From: Lepidodermella squamata
Lineage: Eukaryota; Animalia; Gastrotricha
Assembly (NCBI GenBank): GCA_047495785.1
Contig: JBLDXI010000020.1
Coordinates: 1,488,001 to 1,552,000 of the forward strand
DNA: 64,000 nt
Direction of reading: 5' to 3'
Shown here: piece after piece, positions 15,789-28,900 of the stretch
How positions within the stretch are numbered: the stretch's first letter is position 1
How the letters are laid out: every line of letters begins with the position of its first letter
The notes under the pieces: model-generated
What the model was told of the DNA's origin: nothing
Seen by the model: the letters and a program-made list of their open reading frames with translations, nothing else
The model's database searches: none
Made by a program: the position numbers and the translations under genes

Positions 15789-17252
15789 ATGGATAAAGAA
15801 GTAGACAAGCTGAGAGCTACTGGTACGGCTTATTTCAATAGCTTCGAATACGATAAAGCGTCCGAATGTTACACGAAAGCCATCGAGCTGGATTCGCAGA
15901 ACCCGGTCTTATATGCCAATCGGGCAGCAGCGTACTTGGCTATTGGGGCGCGTCCAGACCTCGCCCTTGCAGATGCGGAGAAAGGCTTGGCACTGGATCC
16001 TACCAGCATGAAACTGGTGTATAGAAAGGCTCTGGCTCTGTTCAAGTTACGCCGCTTCGAAGAATGTTTGGTATTTCTGAAGGAGCAAAAAGTTCATCTT
16101 ACAGTACCAGAAGTTGCAGAAGTTCTGAAAAAAACCATAATTGCTTGCGACGAAATTAATCGAGGGCGCTACAATTACGAGCAACTTTACTTGGAAGCGG
16201 AAGCCAATCCGATATTAGAGCACGCTGATTTTTCTCGTTCTGACTTATTTGAGTTGAAGGTTGAAGGTGATCGTAAGCGAGGAATGTTTGCTAAGGAGTT
16301 CATTCCTAAAGGAACGTTGCTTGGCGGATATAAGGCTTTTAGCTACCGCGTTCAGCCACCTCCAGCTTCTTTGACAAACTCGCCGCTTATTCAGCAGGTG
16401 TTGCTTAAACTGATAATATCGCCGTCGTCAGGTCACGATTTTTTCAAGTTGTACGCTGGAGAAGATCTTGGATGGCTCGATGAGTATGATGAAGATTACA
16501 ATAAATTAGATGCAAAGCGCATTCAAAAAGTTGTTGAAATGAACGCGATTCAAGTGAAGAGAAAGCGCGATGTCATGGATGAAGCAATTTGGGTCACGCC
16601 TATGCTTATCAACCATACTTGTGTAGACGCGAATTGTTTCACTCAAATAATTGGCGATTTCATGTTTGTCAGGACCATCAAGGATGTACAAAAAGGCGAA
16701 CAGCTTTTGAAAGCTGATTTTCTAGCCAGTGACTCGTATGAGCAACGTTCGAAGCTTTTAAAAATGGCCGGTCGCACTTGCTCATGTCGTCTTTGTAAGA
16801 TGGAGAATTCGCAGAGTCAGACTACTAGAACGGCTATTTTGCAAATTATGGACAAGATGATTCGCATTGAGAATGATGGATTACCCGTCGGAAGCAAAAT
16901 CAAACGGCTGGAGAAACTGCTGGATGATTCGAAAGCGCTGAGGATCGACCAGTCTTTGCAACTGGTTGCTTGTGAAGTTTCCAAGCGCCTGATTCAATTC
17001 TATTTGAAGCAGGAAAAATTCCATGAGACGATTTCACTCAGCGAGGAAATGGCGGATCTAACTGAGAAATTGGGCCTTCTACACGAAACCCACGAGTTCG
17101 TTTTCGGTCTCAGCTGTGCCTACTCAGTTTTGGAAGATGACGACAAGTTTAACAAATGGGACAGCAAAGGTAAACAGTTGGCTGCATTGATGCTTGGTGA
17201 CGAGAAATGCCAGCCGCAATACTTGGAGGCTCGCATTGAAACTTGTTCTTGA
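15789..17252 (+). CDS. Intronless TPR plus SET-domain protein
   Basis: Three N-terminal TPRs (GTAYFNSFEYDKASECYTKAI; YANRAAAYL; YRKALAL), SET motifs RGMFAKEFIPKGTLL, INHTC and KGEQL, post-SET CSCRLC. The likely ATG at 15789 follows a TTTTTTCCAG acceptor at about 15774. Confidence 0.85.
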   Translation: MDKEVDKLRATGTAYFNSFEYDKASECYTKAIELDSQNPVLYANRAAAYLAIGARPDLALADAEKGLALDPTSMKLVYRKALALFKLRRFEECLVFLKEQKVHLTVPEVAEVLKKTIIACDEINRGRYNYEQLYLEAEANPILEHADFSRSDLFELKVEGDRKRGMFAKEFIPKGTLLGGYKAFSYRVQPPPASLTNSPLIQQVLLKLIISPSSGHDFFKLYAGEDLGWLDEYDEDYNKLDAKRIQKVVEMNAIQVKRKRDVMDEAIWVTPMLINHTCVDANCFTQIIGDFMFVRTIKDVQKGEQLLKADFLASDSYEQRSKLLKMAGRTCSCRLCKMENSQSQTTRTAILQIMDKMIRIENDGLPVGSKIKRLEKLLDDSKALRIDQSLQLVACEVSKRLIQFYLKQEKFHETISLSEEMADLTEKLGLLHETHEFVFGLSCAYSVLEDDDKFNKWDSKGKQLAALMLGDEKCQPQYLEARIETCS

Positions 17253-17361
17253 GAAAACTTTAGTGAAATCATAGCAAATTCATTGTGCAATTTTTGGCTC
17301 AATAAAATTTAATGCTGAGTTAATCATCTTGTTTTTGTTAAAAGTTAGGATTGTTTAACTC

Positions 17362-18536
17362 ATGAAAATCGTAGCCGAGACTCCGGGAAAAGTTATAATA
17401 TCCGGTGAGCATGCTGTAGTTTACGGGCGATTGGGGCTGTCGACTAGCATTGGATTGAAAACTCTAGTAACACTAACGTCACCACGAACTTGTTCAGATG
17501 TAGCTCTAATTTCTTTGCATGTAGCTGCGTTCAATCTTGAACTTCAACTCACTGCAAACCAATGGCAAGATATGCTGACGCTTCCCCTTTGCCGAGACCT
17601 TGAACACGTAACTAGCGACTTCGAGTTGGTAACCAAGTTCTCGGAAAGCGTCATTCCGAGTGGCCTGGATGCTCCTGGCCAGATTGCCTTGAAGTTATTC
17701 ATCTATTTATTGCTGGCTGTTGTCAAATGCGATTCAAATGGCTTGCAAGAACGTGGTGGCTTTCATATTGTCGTTGATGGCGATCTGCCACTGAGTATGG
17801 GCTTAGGTTCCAGTGCCTCCTTCTCAGCCGGTTTGGCAGCAGTGCTGCAAGCCTTTATGAGAGGGGACGAAACCAAAGTGGATGAAGAATTTCTCACCGG
17901 GGTGAACAAGCTTGCCTTCCTAACGGAACAGTTTGCTCATGGCAAGGCTTCTGGTCTCGACAATTTCACTGTAGTAAACGGCGGACTGGTTGAAGCTAAG
18001 CAGGGCGTATTTTCGAAATGCCAACTTTCGCCTACTTTGAACCTGGAAAACTACTTGGTCATGATTATCGACAGTGGTGTTCCTAAATCAACGAAAACGG
18101 CTGTTTCTAATGTTAGAAGTTTCGTTGATGAATTTCCGGATGTCGCTCATCATCTCCTCGACTCTATCGAGAGTGTTTCTATTCAAGTCAAGGTGAAAAT
18201 TTGTTGAAAAATTTGATGTATTTTGCAACGATTTCATTCTAGAATGCTATATCGAGTTCGCGAGGTGACCAGCTACAAAAGCTGTTGGGTGTAAACCATT
18301 GCCTGTTGAAAGCACTAGGCGTTTCCCACATTAAGCTGGATGAAATTGTTTCAATTTGCGAACAATTTGGCATTGGAGCGAAGCTGACTGGCGGCGGTGG
18401 CGGCGGCATGGTTTTAGCTCTTCTAGATCGCACTGACAAGTTGTTACAGCTGGAGCAGAGCCTGTCTGGGAAAGGCTTTAAAGTCTATAAAACCAACATG
18501 ACCAGCGATGGATTGCAATTATTTATAAAGAAATAA
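17362..18536 (+). CDS. MVK: Mevalonate kinase
   Basis: PGKVIISGEHAVVYG, LPLSMGLGSSA, HGKASGLDN and KLTGGGGGG (GHMP motifs). Exons 17362-18192 and 18243-18536. Confidence 0.95.
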
Positions 18537-20423
18537 ATCAATTTTTATTAATTTTGTTACTTGCGTTGGAATTATGTTTTTCTGAGATTAATGCATGGCA
18601 CCAGGCGCAATTATAGCAGATGAGCGTTTGTACGGGCTGGAGACGAATTTTTCCCATCACCAGGGGCTGTAAGATTCCATTTAAAGCCATATGTTATTCT
18701 AAAATAATCAAATGGATTGGAAAATGTTGAACATTTTCTATTGATTGTGATGCCGAACAACAGCGTGCGAATACAGGACAACCGGCAATGTACGCAATTC
18801 AACAAGATTCTTGAAGATTAGGTAGCTGCCCATGCGTTGTAGGTAGATCCATTCGCATCCCATATATATGTGCGCAGTTACATTATATCATTATCTTGAT
18901 ATTACGCTTTTTATAAACTAAAAAGAAATATTTTCGTTTCGCCCCGCCGTACAATCTTGTATTTTCTCGGGTTTTTTTGGCCTTCCCACCTCGCCTAATG
19001 CCTGAGGCTTGTTGAGACTGGTTATTAGGTATATAATGAAAATATAAAAAACAGGGGAAAAGATAATAATCGAACGCGCGTACTCACCGATTCACGATGT
19101 ATCAGATGTCTTGTTTGTATTTTTAGGCGATTGGTGGTTGCCAGCGCAAGTTGGAAAACGCGGGATCGTTTCCGAAAAACCGATCGCATTAGCGCCTAAA
19201 AAACCGATTAAATACGCCGCTGTATATCATGCGAACAGTGCGAACGAGCGCACTTCATAAAGCTTGATACCATTGGTTATTCTTGTTGTCTGCGCGCCTT
19301 TTTGCGGCTGTTTGCATTTCCGGTGAAATAATAATAATGATTTATCTGTTCGGCATATAATATGGCACTGAAACGATCTTATTTACGCCTCGCATTTTCT
19401 TACTTGATATCACATTTGCTAGCTGGAAGAGGCTTTCACTGGATGTGTTCGGCCATTCTAACATATTTTACTACTATTCTCGGTATTAGTTCGAGGGAAT
19501 TAAGTTCAGAAACCGATCCTTTAATTGCATTGCCACCACAATCTATGGATAACCTTTGACCGATGCACTGCGCGGCGCCGTTTTTCCTCATTTCTTGCGC
19601 TAACAAAAGTATGAAAGGGTGTAGATTTTCCGCGGCTTTCTCATGCGGTCACAAAATAATCATACCGAACGGCAGCTACATCTTACGGTACAATAACATA
19701 CCAGATGCACCATGTCTCTCGTCGCCCATCAATAATGCCAATAATCTCTTCCATAGCGTTTTAAAACTTTCCCACCCGCGCCGTTCACTGAAGCGTGCCG
19801 GCGGATATTTGTGGCGCGCAATCTAACCAAGTAGATATCTCATTAATCGCCTTTTACGCTGGAAAATAGCGGAATGAAAATATATCAATATAAGCTTGAA
19901 AATATAGGTATTGCATGTTATTTATTGTTACCCGCATCAGGTCTTGTATATACAACAACTCCTAGATTACAGCTACTGTTATTCTTTCACCCAGGTCTGC
20001 GAGAATATACGATTTCGGCTTCCTGAATTCACTGACCAACCAGAAAAAAGTTTTACAACAAAAACAGACCTTACCGCTGCTCTTTAATGAGGCCTATAAT
20101 GAAGCGGATAAAATAGCCTCAAGGCAGCCCGCATCCTTTAGTCATAGCTGTCAGTTTCTTGTTTATATTTTTCTTCATATCGTAAATATGTAATTTTTAC
20201 TATATAGGCTCTATCTCTGCATATACATTTTAAAGTAAACTCGCTCATCAAAAACTCCAGCCGTAGCATGAGACTATATAAACTAATATTGTTTTTCTTC
20301 ATTGTATGCAACGACTTGATCATCAATTTTTGAATAGAGCTGATTTAATTTTTATGCTGAATTTTATTGCTGCTCTGAGCATACTACAAATGTAAAAAAG
20401 CAATACAAACAGGAAAATTTGCC

Positions 20424-22258
20424 ATGATTCTTACATATTGTATGTTTATCTATAATTATTTGGTTAGTACTTCGCAGATGAAAATTTTTGTAATATGTAG
20501 GTTTAAAGGATCCGAAGGAAAAAGATCACACAAAAGATGTGAACAGCACTGTCGCTAGCAACAACATTTTACAGGCTAAAATCAAGGCTGATTCTGCTGC
20601 CACTACTCCTGATCCTCGAAAAAATTCATCACTTGTACTTGACGGCAGTCAGTCAGGTCGAACGGACATGAGCGATCGAACTTGGAGCGATGATCAGACT
20701 GATCAGTCAACGGTGAATGGAGTGGCCAACAACCACTCTACAGTCACAACGACGTCGACATCGGCAGCGCAACGGCGCTCAAAATCTGTTATGAATGGGC
20801 GAAACAAGGCTTCGAAATTACGCGCTGTCTCAGTTTTATCGATTTGTGGTCTTTCAAAAAACGGCCCAAGCACTGGCTCTAGTAACATGTTGAACAGTTG
20901 TGCAGGTGGGGATCATCATTTAGCCAAGTCTTACGAGCAGAAACGGCCCGTATCAGCAGCGAAATCGACTCAAACGCTCACGACAATGTTGAACTATCCC
21001 GATGACCCTACGATAAGTAGCGAGGATTTAGTTCAATTGGAAGAGGAATCGCAAACAGATACGAGTCAAACTGACAATGTAAGTAATCCAACAACACGCC
21101 TGCGAGGAAAAGAGCGTATGGCACTGTATCGCAAGCTGGAACTTGTCGGCGAAGGGTCATACGCCAAGGTCTTCAAAGGTTACAGCCTGTTAATCAAGCA
21201 GATTGTAGCGCTCAAAGAATTTAGCTTGGAGGGAGATGAAGGCGTGCCATTTACCGCCATTCGTGAAGCTTCACTTCTGCGCAAGCTCCGCCACGCTAAC
21301 ATTGTCACCCTGCACGACATTGTGCTCACGCCACGCAAGCTTTTGTTCGTTTTCGAATACGTGCTTTCCGACCTTCATCGCTACCTGCAACTATGTCCCA
21401 ATGGTATTTGCGTTGATAATACCCGGGTGTTTTTCTATCAACTATTACGTGGATTGGCCTACTGCCACGCTCAACGAATCCTGCATAGGTAATTTTTTTT
21501 AATTTCATAATATCAATATAATCTCTCGGTTTTCAGAGATTTGAAACCTCAAAATCTGCTGATTTCCCCCGATGGCGAGTTGAAAATTTGCGACTTCGGT
21601 TTGGCTCGAGCGAAATCGATTCCCGTAAAAACCCTGTCGTCTGAAGTTGTAACGCTTTGGTACCGGTCACCAGATGTTTTGATGGGCTCAACTGACTACG
21701 ACTCTTCGCTGGACACTTGGGCAGCTGGCTGCATTTTAGTTGAGATGTTGACAGGTTGGCCTCTATTTCCAGGCCGACAAACCGCCGAAGACCAGGTACG
21801 CACCTCATTAGCGACGAACTTTTCATCATTTACAATTCATACAGGTGGACCTGATATTTCGAGCTTTCGGTACTCCTACGCCGACATCCTGGCCGGGGTT
21901 ATTTAAATTGCCGTTGGCAAACAACGCTGTATCAAAATCTGTTTACCTGGCGCCGCGATCATTTGTCGAGGCAGTTCCGCGGTTGCGCAAGGCTGCCAGC
22001 ATTGATCCAACCGCAATTGAACTGGCTCAATCATTTTTACGAATGTTACCCAAGTTGCGATTGACCGCTGCCGCTGCCCTTTCCCATCCATTTTTTGCTA
22101 GCTTTCCTTCGTCGGTTTTCGCACTGCCCCCCGAAATGTCAGTTTTTGAGTCGCCACATGTTCATTTGATACCTGACTTCGCTCTCAAGCAGCACCGGTT
22201 GAGGGCGTCCTTTGCTGATTCTTACAGCCATGTGGAGCGACAATATAATCAAAAATGA
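20424..22258 (+). CDS. CDK14: PFTAIRE-type cyclin-dependent kinase (CDK14/15 family)
   Basis: [38 protein letters not shown] and EVVTLWYR. Exons are 20424-20439 (tentative), 20501-21488, 21537-21795 and 21845-22258. Confidence 0.9.
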
Positions 22259-22923
22259 AGGCTAAAAAACTTGACTGCCGATTGCCAATCTTCCATCGGT
22301 GAATAACTACTCATGATGAATGGAACGATATGATTTTTGAAATTTCACAGCTAGCATTCAGTAGCGAATTTGAAATTTCGATACTGATACTTTAGATCAA
22401 GTTTTTCGAAATAAATAATGGAATAATTGGACTACCAAATGCTTCGTGAGATGCTTAGGTATATACCTCGAGCTTTTGCTTGCGATATCATCTACGACCG
22501 CTCCAACATTACCTGGACCAGTGATTCGCTTTCATCGCATCGGCATTCAAATATATTCAAAGTGCCTCGGTCTCTTCGTGAAAGTGCGTGAAAGTGCCTT
22601 GCTTATGTTTTCCCTTTGAATGTATGGCCGTGAATTCACCGTTATGTTTCATCGTCAAGCCTGTTGTTATATAATTTAAATCTGGGGGATTTCAGCTATG
22701 AAAATGCATCGGCCAGCCAGCATTTAGAGTCAATAATTCGAAATAGAACCCCAGTCAACCACCGTATGTTCAAGCATGTAGAATAGCATTCTCGCGCTAT
22801 TTATCTGGCGGTTTTATTGCAGTTATATCATGTAATTAAAAACTTTGTTTCATTTCGAATCTTAACATCATTTCAAATTTCGAAGATGAGCACTGGAGTA
22901 AATCAAATAACATTGGATTGTTT

Positions 22924-24658
22924 TCAATCATCAAACGAGTTCATGCTGTCAGCATCATCAAAATCATCTTCTTCGTCTCCCCATTCATCCGCATCGCCAA
23001 CATCATCGTCTACGTCGTCCAAATCGGCGAAGAACCCAATCTGCTCTATGGGGACATGCCGGTGACGAATGCAATCACGGCTCTTAAGCGGCCATTCCTC
23101 TTCAGTGATATTTTGCAAAGCACCCGGCTCCGCATGAGCCACAACGGGCATTCTCGAAATGTCACCCCAGTTGCACATCAATAGAACACCGCCCGTCTTC
23201 AGCATATTGACAAACGAAGCATCAGCTTCGACATGGCTGCCTGTATTAACAATTTAAAATTTCGAAATTATTATTTCGATTAAACTTGAATTACCTGGAG
23301 TGATGACAGTAATTGGACTGTATAAAGTAGACGAGTTCGGTTTAGCATTGCGAGCTGAAACAATGTTTTGAATAGACTCGTTGTTAATTTCAGGGCAATC
23401 AGCAACATTGAGCAGGCGTAAGCGAGGGCACATCACCGCGATAAAGCGAAGCAGATCGCCAGACACCTTGCACAGCCCTCGCAAACTCAGCTTTTCGATC
23501 ATGAGATTCCCGTTCAAAAACGTCTTGATGTCATCATCGCCCAAATCGCAATTATCTCTTAAATCGATGCTTTTAATCTTGTTAAGGTAGACTAGATCGT
23601 TCTCTTTTAGACCGCATCGTCTGAGAGAAATTTCAACCAGGCGGCAATCGGACGATGCAAGAAATGACAACGTGGCACCGGCGGGTCCCCCAGAAAGATC
23701 CTTGCTAGCAGGATTAACAATCAATGACTCCAACGAGGAGGCAAATTTCCAAACCGAAGCGTCCAAGCCAACAGGTAATTCAGGCAAGACCAACTGGCGA
23801 AGATTGGGCATAGCGAACTTCGGGAATGTCGACAGATGAGCGACAGTGATTGTTGGAAAAGTTTGACAAAATATCCGCTCCAAACGATCAACATCCGTCG
23901 GCTTCGCTTTTATTTTTATGAACCGGAGATGCGGAGATTTCAACGGGAACAGCTTATCACAGGTTTCAGACAACTTATCAGCAGATTCAGTGACGAGATT
24001 AGGCGGAAATTCCAGATCCAGAGTTGAGAAATCAAAGGTTAGATGCGTCAGTTGTCTGCAGCTTCGAACCAACACTTGTAGAGCTGTGACAAAGAAAATT
24101 AACAGGTATAAAATATAGTTGAAAATATCTTACTGGTCAGACTCATATTTCCGCCATCGGCGACTAAATGCAGTCGACGAATGTTGGAGTTTCGGCGAAA
24201 CAGTTCACGGAAACAAGAATTATTAGCCCGATAGCACTTGATAGATAGCTCCTCGAGTGATCTCAAGCGTTTTGCGAGTAACTTGACCGTGTTGGGCGCT
24301 ATCTTCACTTTATCCGAGTTCAAATTCAAGCAACGAAGCGACGACCATCGGTTGACGTCGTTGAAAATGCGACTTAGTAAGAAATGATCGATATAGCAAT
24401 ATCTCGATGCGAAGGTACTTTGCGAATCGCTAACAACTAACGGCGGCATTGATAGATCAAGGGTCAACATATTGGCAATGGTAATCTGAAAGATAGTAAG
24501 ATACGTGGAAAAATTAGAATGCCTTTATGAAAAATTTCTACCTCAACAATTCTGTACATCTGCCGGCTAACGGATTTCAATTTAAACAAAGTTGGCAGGT
24601 CAATGAACTGGAAAACTCGTGACCACAGTTCAGCAGGAATCCTTTCGATCTTAAACAT
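22924..24658 (-). CDS. F-box/leucine-rich-repeat protein with acidic C-terminal tail (multi-exon)
   Basis: N-terminal F-box IERIPAELWSRVFQFIDLPTLFKLKSVSRQMY and cysteine-type LRRs (LSLRGLCKVS, LNVADCPEINNESI), split by ~55-nt introns. Confidence 0.85.
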
Positions 24659-24683
24659 CGAATAATAAAATATTTCTCACTGC

Positions 24684-25288
24684 TTAACGCATTACCAAGC
24701 CGTGCTTCGAATCTTCCGCTTCCATAGGTTCCACCTTAAAATAAAATAGTCATTAGGTCCGGTTCGTATAACTAGAGTTTAAATCTAACTTTACAGCTGC
24801 ACTCAACTTCCTCCATTTTTTCAGCAGGAGCGATAGCTTTCGTCCAATCGACGATTCCGCCCTCTTGGGTAGCAGTTGAACTGACAGGTTGTATCTTCTT
24901 ATCTTTCTTATCTTTTTTGTCCTTGCTATTATGCTTTTTCGACTTCGCAAAGGACGCTTTGACTGTTCGAACGGCGTTACTATCTTGAAGCAGAACACTG
25001 CCATCTTCTGCGGCTTTCACGAACTTTTCGGCCGACTCTTCTTTTAAAAACTCAATATATCCGTAGCCGGCATTCAGCGCCCCATTGCGACCTTTCCCAG
25101 GTTTTCTTTCGACTAGAAACACGTGTTTTATAGTGCCATGTTCTTTGGCAACTTTTGCCAAATCGTTTTCAGCACACTGTAAACACAACAATTATAAACA
25201 TTATTCTGATCTGTTCAAACTTGAAGCTTCATACTGTAAACGGGCAGTTCCAAACAAAAACTCTGGTCTTCTTCTTCATTTGATTCAT
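24684..25288 (-). CDS. Small single-RRM RNA-binding protein with Lys-rich tail
   Basis: MNQMKKKTRVFVWNCPFT (RNP2-like) splices to CAENDL...AGYGYIEF (RNP1). The last intron is 24735-24789, followed by VEPMEAEDSKHGLVMR*. Confidence 0.75.
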
Positions 25289-25325
25289 CAATTTCCTAAA
25301 ATTGCAATCAAACAGGTAAAAACAA

Positions 25326-25452
25326 GAATGTAGTTATCCTAAACGACTTTACTGGGAACAACATCGAATAGTACAAATGTAGTTGTGATATTGCTATGTA
25401 CATACTGCATCACACTAAAAATGCGGAAGGCTGGTTTAGTGTGGCGATGTGG
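25326..25452 (-). ncRNA. Candidate box H/ACA snoRNA in the ZMYM-RRM spacer
   Basis: Hairpin 1 has a 9-bp stem CACACUAAA/UUUAGUGUG, followed by H box AUAGCA (25397-25392). Hairpin 2 is closed by UAUC/GAUA with ACA three nt from the putative end. Length is about 127 nt. Confidence 0.35.
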
Positions 25453-25962
25453 GAGTAAGCTCTTTCCAAAAGTCAGGTCAACTGAAAACGATCAATCTTA
25501 TACAGTATCAATCAAATGATGTTCGCATCAACAAGTAGCAAGCATATTATTCAGAAACTATGGCGCATCGTGGCGTTCGAAATAAAAAGCAACATGTCTA
25601 CCTTGCATCCAGCGAGAGAAAACGATAGGTGGCGTAGATACATTCTTTGCTTGAGACAAGTCATGTAAAATTATAGTTAATAATTATCATTACTCGAGTT
25701 GTTATGAGAAAAATAGTCCATAACAGGTTTCCAATAAGAAAAATTGGAATTCGCTTCCAGACAAAGAAAAATCAATTAGTTCTAGCCATCGCTCATTAAC
25801 AGCGATTGTAAAACTGGAAAAAATCGGCTCATGTTTCGCACAGTTCTTTAAACATGAGACGCGAGACCATTGCATCGAATCGATATTTTTAAATAAAAAA
25901 GTGGTCTCTTTGATATAAAGTTCCAGTAGAGCCCTAAATTTACACTAGAAATCAGAACTAAA

Positions 25963-28900
25963 TCAAACACGGCCGGGTGTGAGGTGCTCGACGGTAAGGA
26001 TCCCGGCGAGAAACAGAGCCTCCTGAATTTCACGGACCATGCGAATCCGAGACAGTAGCGCGTCGAGGGTTTCCAAGTTGACAGCCTTGCTGGAGTACCA
26101 CAGCGGCGAATCAGCGACGCAGTTCGGCTCCGGGACTAGGTAGTAGGCGTCAGCCCTGCTTCGTACTGCCTCGGGACACTTGGTCAGGTAGAATTCGTAG
26201 ATTTTCAGCGGGCAGCGGAAAGTATCCGCGGTGTTTTCAACCTGCTCGAGCGCCAATTGACGATAGCCGTAACTCGCTAAAATAAAGATCGATTAAATAT
26301 AATGCTCCAATCTGATAAGATATGCTTACGATTTTTCTCCGCCGGATTCGTGTAACGAAGATACTTGAGCTTGCTACCAGTTTCAGTCTTGCGCCACTGC
26401 TGTGTTATGTGGGTGAAGGACAGTTTTGCGTGTTGCTCCGGAGTTGTCAGCAGGAAGTATTTCGTATTCAAATACAGCAGAGTATTGAGCAAACAGTAAG
26501 GGGAATGTGCGCCGAGTTGTTTCGACTCCCAAAGATGCTCCTCTTCGATACGACAGACGAGCTCGTTGGCGGGCGACAACTGCGGCTGGTACTTCGCCGT
26601 CACTTCATTCAGTGACTGCTGAAAATCGAGGAACTGTCGATCGAAGAAAATGTTCTCCGGCCGATCGTTTTCAGTCAGATAGATTTGAATGCCGAGGCAG
26701 AGGTAGTAAATGGAATCAGGATCGTACTCCTCGCCACCAGCTCGCCTGGCTTCGTGAGCAAACATAGCCAACGCCTGGTTCAGCTCCTCGTTCGAACACG
26801 CCAGGACATTTTGATTAAACAAACGCAGCTTCTTGCCACCCCTTTGCTGTTGCATTTGTTGTTGAATCGCGTTATTTTTACGATTAACCCAGTTGTTCCA
26901 GGCAGTGACACCGTACATGAATTTGAGCGTGAATTTGTCTTCGGGAATCACCTTCGTCTGAAGTTGGACGATTTGCTGCTGTTGTTGTTGTTGTTGTTGT
27001 TGTTGTTGAACAATCTGTTGCTGCTGCTGGCGAGGCAACTGAACAATTTGCTGTTGTTGCTGCTGCATTTGTTGAGGAGCCAGTTGGATTTCCATCGGGG
27101 CTTCACCGGTAGGCAACCCAACTGCTTGCATATCACTCTGTTGAAGCCAGATAACTTGAGCTTGGCCGTCCTGGCCAGCCTGACCAGTTGCAACAGCTTG
27201 TCCAGTCGTAAGGCGAAGTCTTTTGGAAGCAGTGACGTAATCGCCTTCACCGGTCGTCAAAATCGTAGCAGCCTCTTGACCATCAGGGCCGGTGTGCAAT
27301 TCAATAGCGCTACCTTCAGGTAAGTCGTTAGCCGCCATTTGAATAGCGAGAAGCATGTCCTCATTGATTTGAATCGCCTCAGCGCGACCAGATTGTTCCA
27401 CTTCCTGGATTTGATGAGTTTGTTCGACCTGCTGGACTTGAGCGTCTGTTTGCATCTGACCAGGTAGACCGTGAATTGCCACAACTGGCATCATCTGTTG
27501 ATAAGGCTCCTCGGTTTGAACAGCGGCTGTCGGCGCTTCGACGTACTGTTCAGGGCCGAGTTGCGATTCTGAGAAGACGATCGACTCGCGAATCGCACGA
27601 GCCATTTCTAGAATGTCCAGCTCAAATTTATCTGACTTGAGACACTCGTTGACCAAGGCTACGCGATTGGCAATGCGATCAGCGGTATGCAACGGGACTG
27701 GAATGAAAATAGGAACCGGGACCGGAATGGGCAACGGGCAAGGAAATGGAGTTGGAGTTGAGCTTAGCGCCAAAGGTGTTGGCACATATATTGGAACAGG
27801 AATGGGTACGACGTAGTTCTTCCTCGACCACTCTTCTTCAGTTTGTGATTCGGATTCGACCATCATCGGCCGGCAGCTTATCGCTTTCGACTGCGTGGCA
27901 GGTCTGGTCATAATCGATCGATTGCAGCGACTCACTCCGATGCCGAGGGCGGAACTGTCGGTTTCTTCGGCGAGTTGAACTTGAACTTCGCTGAACATTT
28001 GCGAATCGTTGCCATTCATGCCATCACCATCTGGAGCTTTGGATAATTGACGAGTTCGCGGGCGGTAGCTCTGCCTTTTCTTCTCCTCGACACCACCGCT
28101 GGCCAACTTCATTTGGAAGCTCGAGACACAGACGTATGAACAGAAGTTTTTCGTCTCTGTTCCGATTGTCAACTGATAAGCAGCACGAGAAAGACGTGCG
28201 CACTGCTCGCATTTAACACTTTCTCTCAAATGTAGGCATTGAATTGAACAGAGATGTCGAACTACGCCGTCCTTGTCCATCTGTTCAACCATCGACAAGT
28301 TCGGACACTCTTCTCTGCACCATTCACACCGGATCATGCGACTGACGGCGGATTTGTATCCAATCAAACATGGCGTCGAACAGAAATAATGATTGCGGCC
28401 GTTGAAGAAGAACGAGAGCGTCATTTTCTTTGCGACTAGGCCACACTGACCACAGCATTTGATTTTGATGTGATTTTCGTTGGTAAAGTCATAAAAGCAA
28501 TCTTCTCCACAAAACCGCTGCTTTTGTTGATCGAAATCGTACTCAACTTTTGGAGGACACACTTTTCTACAGACTGCGCACGCTAGCAAGCCTTTCGACA
28601 TTCGAGTGCGGTATGAAGATTCAGATTCCACATGGACATGCCTGCGATTGGATTCAGCATTGTAGCTGTTGTAGCATTCAGTGCTGCAGAACATTTTCAC
28701 GTCAGTTCGACCGCTGCTTAGAGATTGGACCTTGAGCTGGTCAGATAACGGCTCCGTAATGATAACTTCTCGCGCACAGTAGACACAGACGTTGTTATGT
28801 AGCCTGTAATCATCCATGCAGCTAAGGGAGCAGAACTGTCTCAGCAATGCTTGATAAACCAGTGAGTATCTGCCTCTGATAGTCTGTTCAACTTCTTTTC

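Noticed and set aside
22313-22388. ATGATGA...CTGA box C/D-like pair in the CDK14 3' region
   Set aside because: No terminal stem and no recognisable guide; such short motifs are common by chance.
24658-24734. Possible RRM-F-box fusion protein
   Set aside because: The only frame matching the F-box ATG contains a stop (TGG TAA) before it.
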